Shown one piece after another: positions 60,141 to 64,000 of a stretch of 64,000 nt of DNA. The stretch comes from the human T2T-CHM13v2.0 reference genome, Homo sapiens: assembly GCF_009914755.1 (NCBI RefSeq), contig NC_060931.1; one strand, given 5' to 3'. Every line of letters starts with the position of its first letter. Position 1 is the first letter of the stretch. Under the pieces are notes generated by a model. The model was not told where the DNA came from. It did not search any database and was given only the letters and a program-made list of their open reading frames with translations. The translations under genes were made by a program, and so were the position numbers.

Positions 60141-61608
60141 TCAAAAAAACATAAATATATAAAATAACAATATTAGCTGGGCGTGGTGGTGTGCACCTGT
60201 GGTATGGTTCCAGCTACTCAGGAGGCTGAGGCAAGAGGATCACTTGAGCCTAGGAGATCAAGCCTGCGGTGAGCCATGATCACACACCACTGCACTCCAG
60301 CCTAGGGAACAGAGTAAGACCCTGTCTCAAAACAAGCAAACAAACAAAAAAAAAGAAATGAAAACCTACAAAATGGGAGAAAATATCTGCAAATCATATA
60401 TCTGATTAGATTTAATATCCAGAATATATAAAGAACTCCTATAACAACAAGAAAACCCAATTTAAAAATGGGCAAATGACTCAAATGGACAGCTCTCTGA
60501 AGAAAATATACAAATGGACAAGCACCACATGAAAATATGCTCAACATCATTAGCCACTAGGGAAATGCAAATCAAAACCACAATGAGCCGTGGTGGCCCA
60601 CACTTGCAGTCCCAGCCCAGGAGTTCAAGGCTGCAGTGATCTCTGATTGTGCTCATGCACTCCAGACTAGGTGGCAGAGTGAGACTCTACCTCTAAAAAA
60701 TAATAATACTTTCTAAACCACAATGAGATACCACCTCATACCTATTTATTATAGTTGGCTGTAATAAATTTTTTTTAGAGATGGGGTCTTGCTATGTTGC
60801 CCAGCTGATCTTGAACTCCTAGCCTCAAGCAATCCTCCTGACTCAGCCTCCCAAAGTGGTGGGATTACAGGCATAAGCCACTACACCTCACCAAATTTTT
60901 TTGGTTGGGGAGTGGGGAGGTGGGGGAACAGGGTCTTGCTCTGTGCCCAGGCTAGAGTTCTGTGGCATGATCATAGCTCACTGCAACCTCAAGCTCCTGG
61001 GCTCAAGCAATCCTACTGTCCCAGCGTTCCAAATAGGTAGGACTACAGGCATGTGTCACCACTCCTAATTTTTTTTTTTTGGAGAGACAAAGTCTCACTA
61101 TGTTGCTCAGGCTGATAATCCTCCTACTTTGGCCTCTGAAAGTGCTGGGATTACAGGAGTGAGGCATCATGACTGACCGATAGTAATTTTTTTAAAAATA
61201 GAGACAGTAAAAAAAAAAAATAGAGACAGACCTGTAATCTCAACACTATGGGAGGCTGAGGCAGCAGGATCGCTTGAGGCCAGGACTTCGAGACCAGCCT
61301 GGGCAACACAGCAAGATCCTGTCTCTACAAAAAACAGAAAAAATTAGCCTAGCCTGGTTGTGCATGCCCATTGTCCCAGCTACTCAGGAGCGTGAGCTGA
61401 GAGGATCACTTGAGCCCCGGAGGTTGAGGCTGCAGTGAGCTGTGATCGCACTACTGCACTCCAACCTGACACCTTGTCTCAAAAACAAACAAACAAAAAA
61501 GGTGCGGTCACTGTGGGAATTTATCACTTCCTGAAAAAGCTAGACAGAATTCCCATATAACTCAGAAATTACACTCCCAGGTATACAGGCAAAAGAATTA
61601 TAAACAGG

Positions 61609-62436
<828 letters not shown>

Positions 62437-62478
62437 ATGGGCTCAAACATTTATAAGCCAATGTTCATTGCAACATTA

Positions 62479-63060
<582 letters not shown>

Positions 63061-63376
63061 TCAAAAAAAAAAAAAAGAAATGAAGTTCTGACCCATGCTA
63101 CAACACAGATAAACCTTGACAACCTCATGCTCAATGAAATAAGGTGGACACAAAAGGACATATACATTATGATTTCACCCACATAAAGTAATTGAGTAAT
63201 CAAATGTATAGAGACCGTATAATAGAGGTTACCAAAGGAGAGAAGGACAGGAGGAGAAGGGGAAATAGGAAGTTATTGCTTAATGGTTACAGAGTTGCTG
63301 TTTCAGGTGATGAAAAAGTTTTGGAAATTGAGTGGTGACGGTTGCATAATATTGTGAATGTAATTAATGCCACTGA

Positions 63377-63580
<204 letters not shown>

Positions 63581-63884
63581 TAGTAGAAATGAGATCTTGC
63601 TCTGTTCCCCAGGCTGATCTGGAACTCCTGAGCTCAAGCGATCCTCCCGCCTCCACCTCCCGAAGTGCTGGGATTACAAGCGTGAGCCACTGCACCCAGC
63701 TGCAAATGTTTAGTACATACATTTTTACCGTAATTTATTTAAAAAAAAAAAGGAAAAAAGAATACAGAAGTTTGTTCCTTGGTCTCTTCACCTCTTCCAG
63801 TCTCTAGATCCTTGTCACATACATTACCCTAACTTTGTTCTATAATAAGCACTTATACGCCCCCTTTTTTTGTTTGTTTTTTGA

Positions 63885-63998
<114 letters not shown>

Positions 63999-64000
63999 GG

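Noticed and set aside
60575-60727. Short internally deleted Alu right arm with TSD AAACCACAATGAG
   Set aside because: Ordinary microhomology (CCCAG) deletion in an old Alu monomer.

Overview
This is primate genomic DNA, almost certainly human chr7p13 (a near-consensus AluYg6 is present). From recalled gene order it lies between NPC1L1 and OGDH; neither has a coding exon in the window. Two complete protein-coding genes sit on the minus strand. DDX56 has 14 coding exons (31659->23766, 1644 nt, 547 aa nucleolar DEAD-box helicase). TMED4 has 5 coding exons (39962->37235, 684 nt, 227 aa p24 cargo receptor) and a GC-AG intron 4. Each gene has its own CpG-island promoter. The rest is dense retroelement debris: two old L1 scaffolds (~3-16 kb, ~52-63 kb) broken up by dozens of Alus, solo LTRs, an RPL18A processed pseudogene, a tailless U6 fragment, MER DNA transposons and purine-rich microsatellites. 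I found no support for a wholly new biological system. The best leads are (i) several atypical TSD-flanked mini-retrocopies, including a 5'-end-only L1, a U6 5' fragment and a 26-nt orphan insert; (ii) candidate nuclear-receptor elements, namely a perfect ERE at 67-79 and a tandem DR5/NR5A array inside an Alu; (iii) a four-layer nested insertion; (iv) a nearly spacerless inverted Alu pair; and (v) a young, possibly polymorphic AluYg6. Repeat subfamily names come from memory of consensus sequences and need RepeatMasker/Dfam confirmation.
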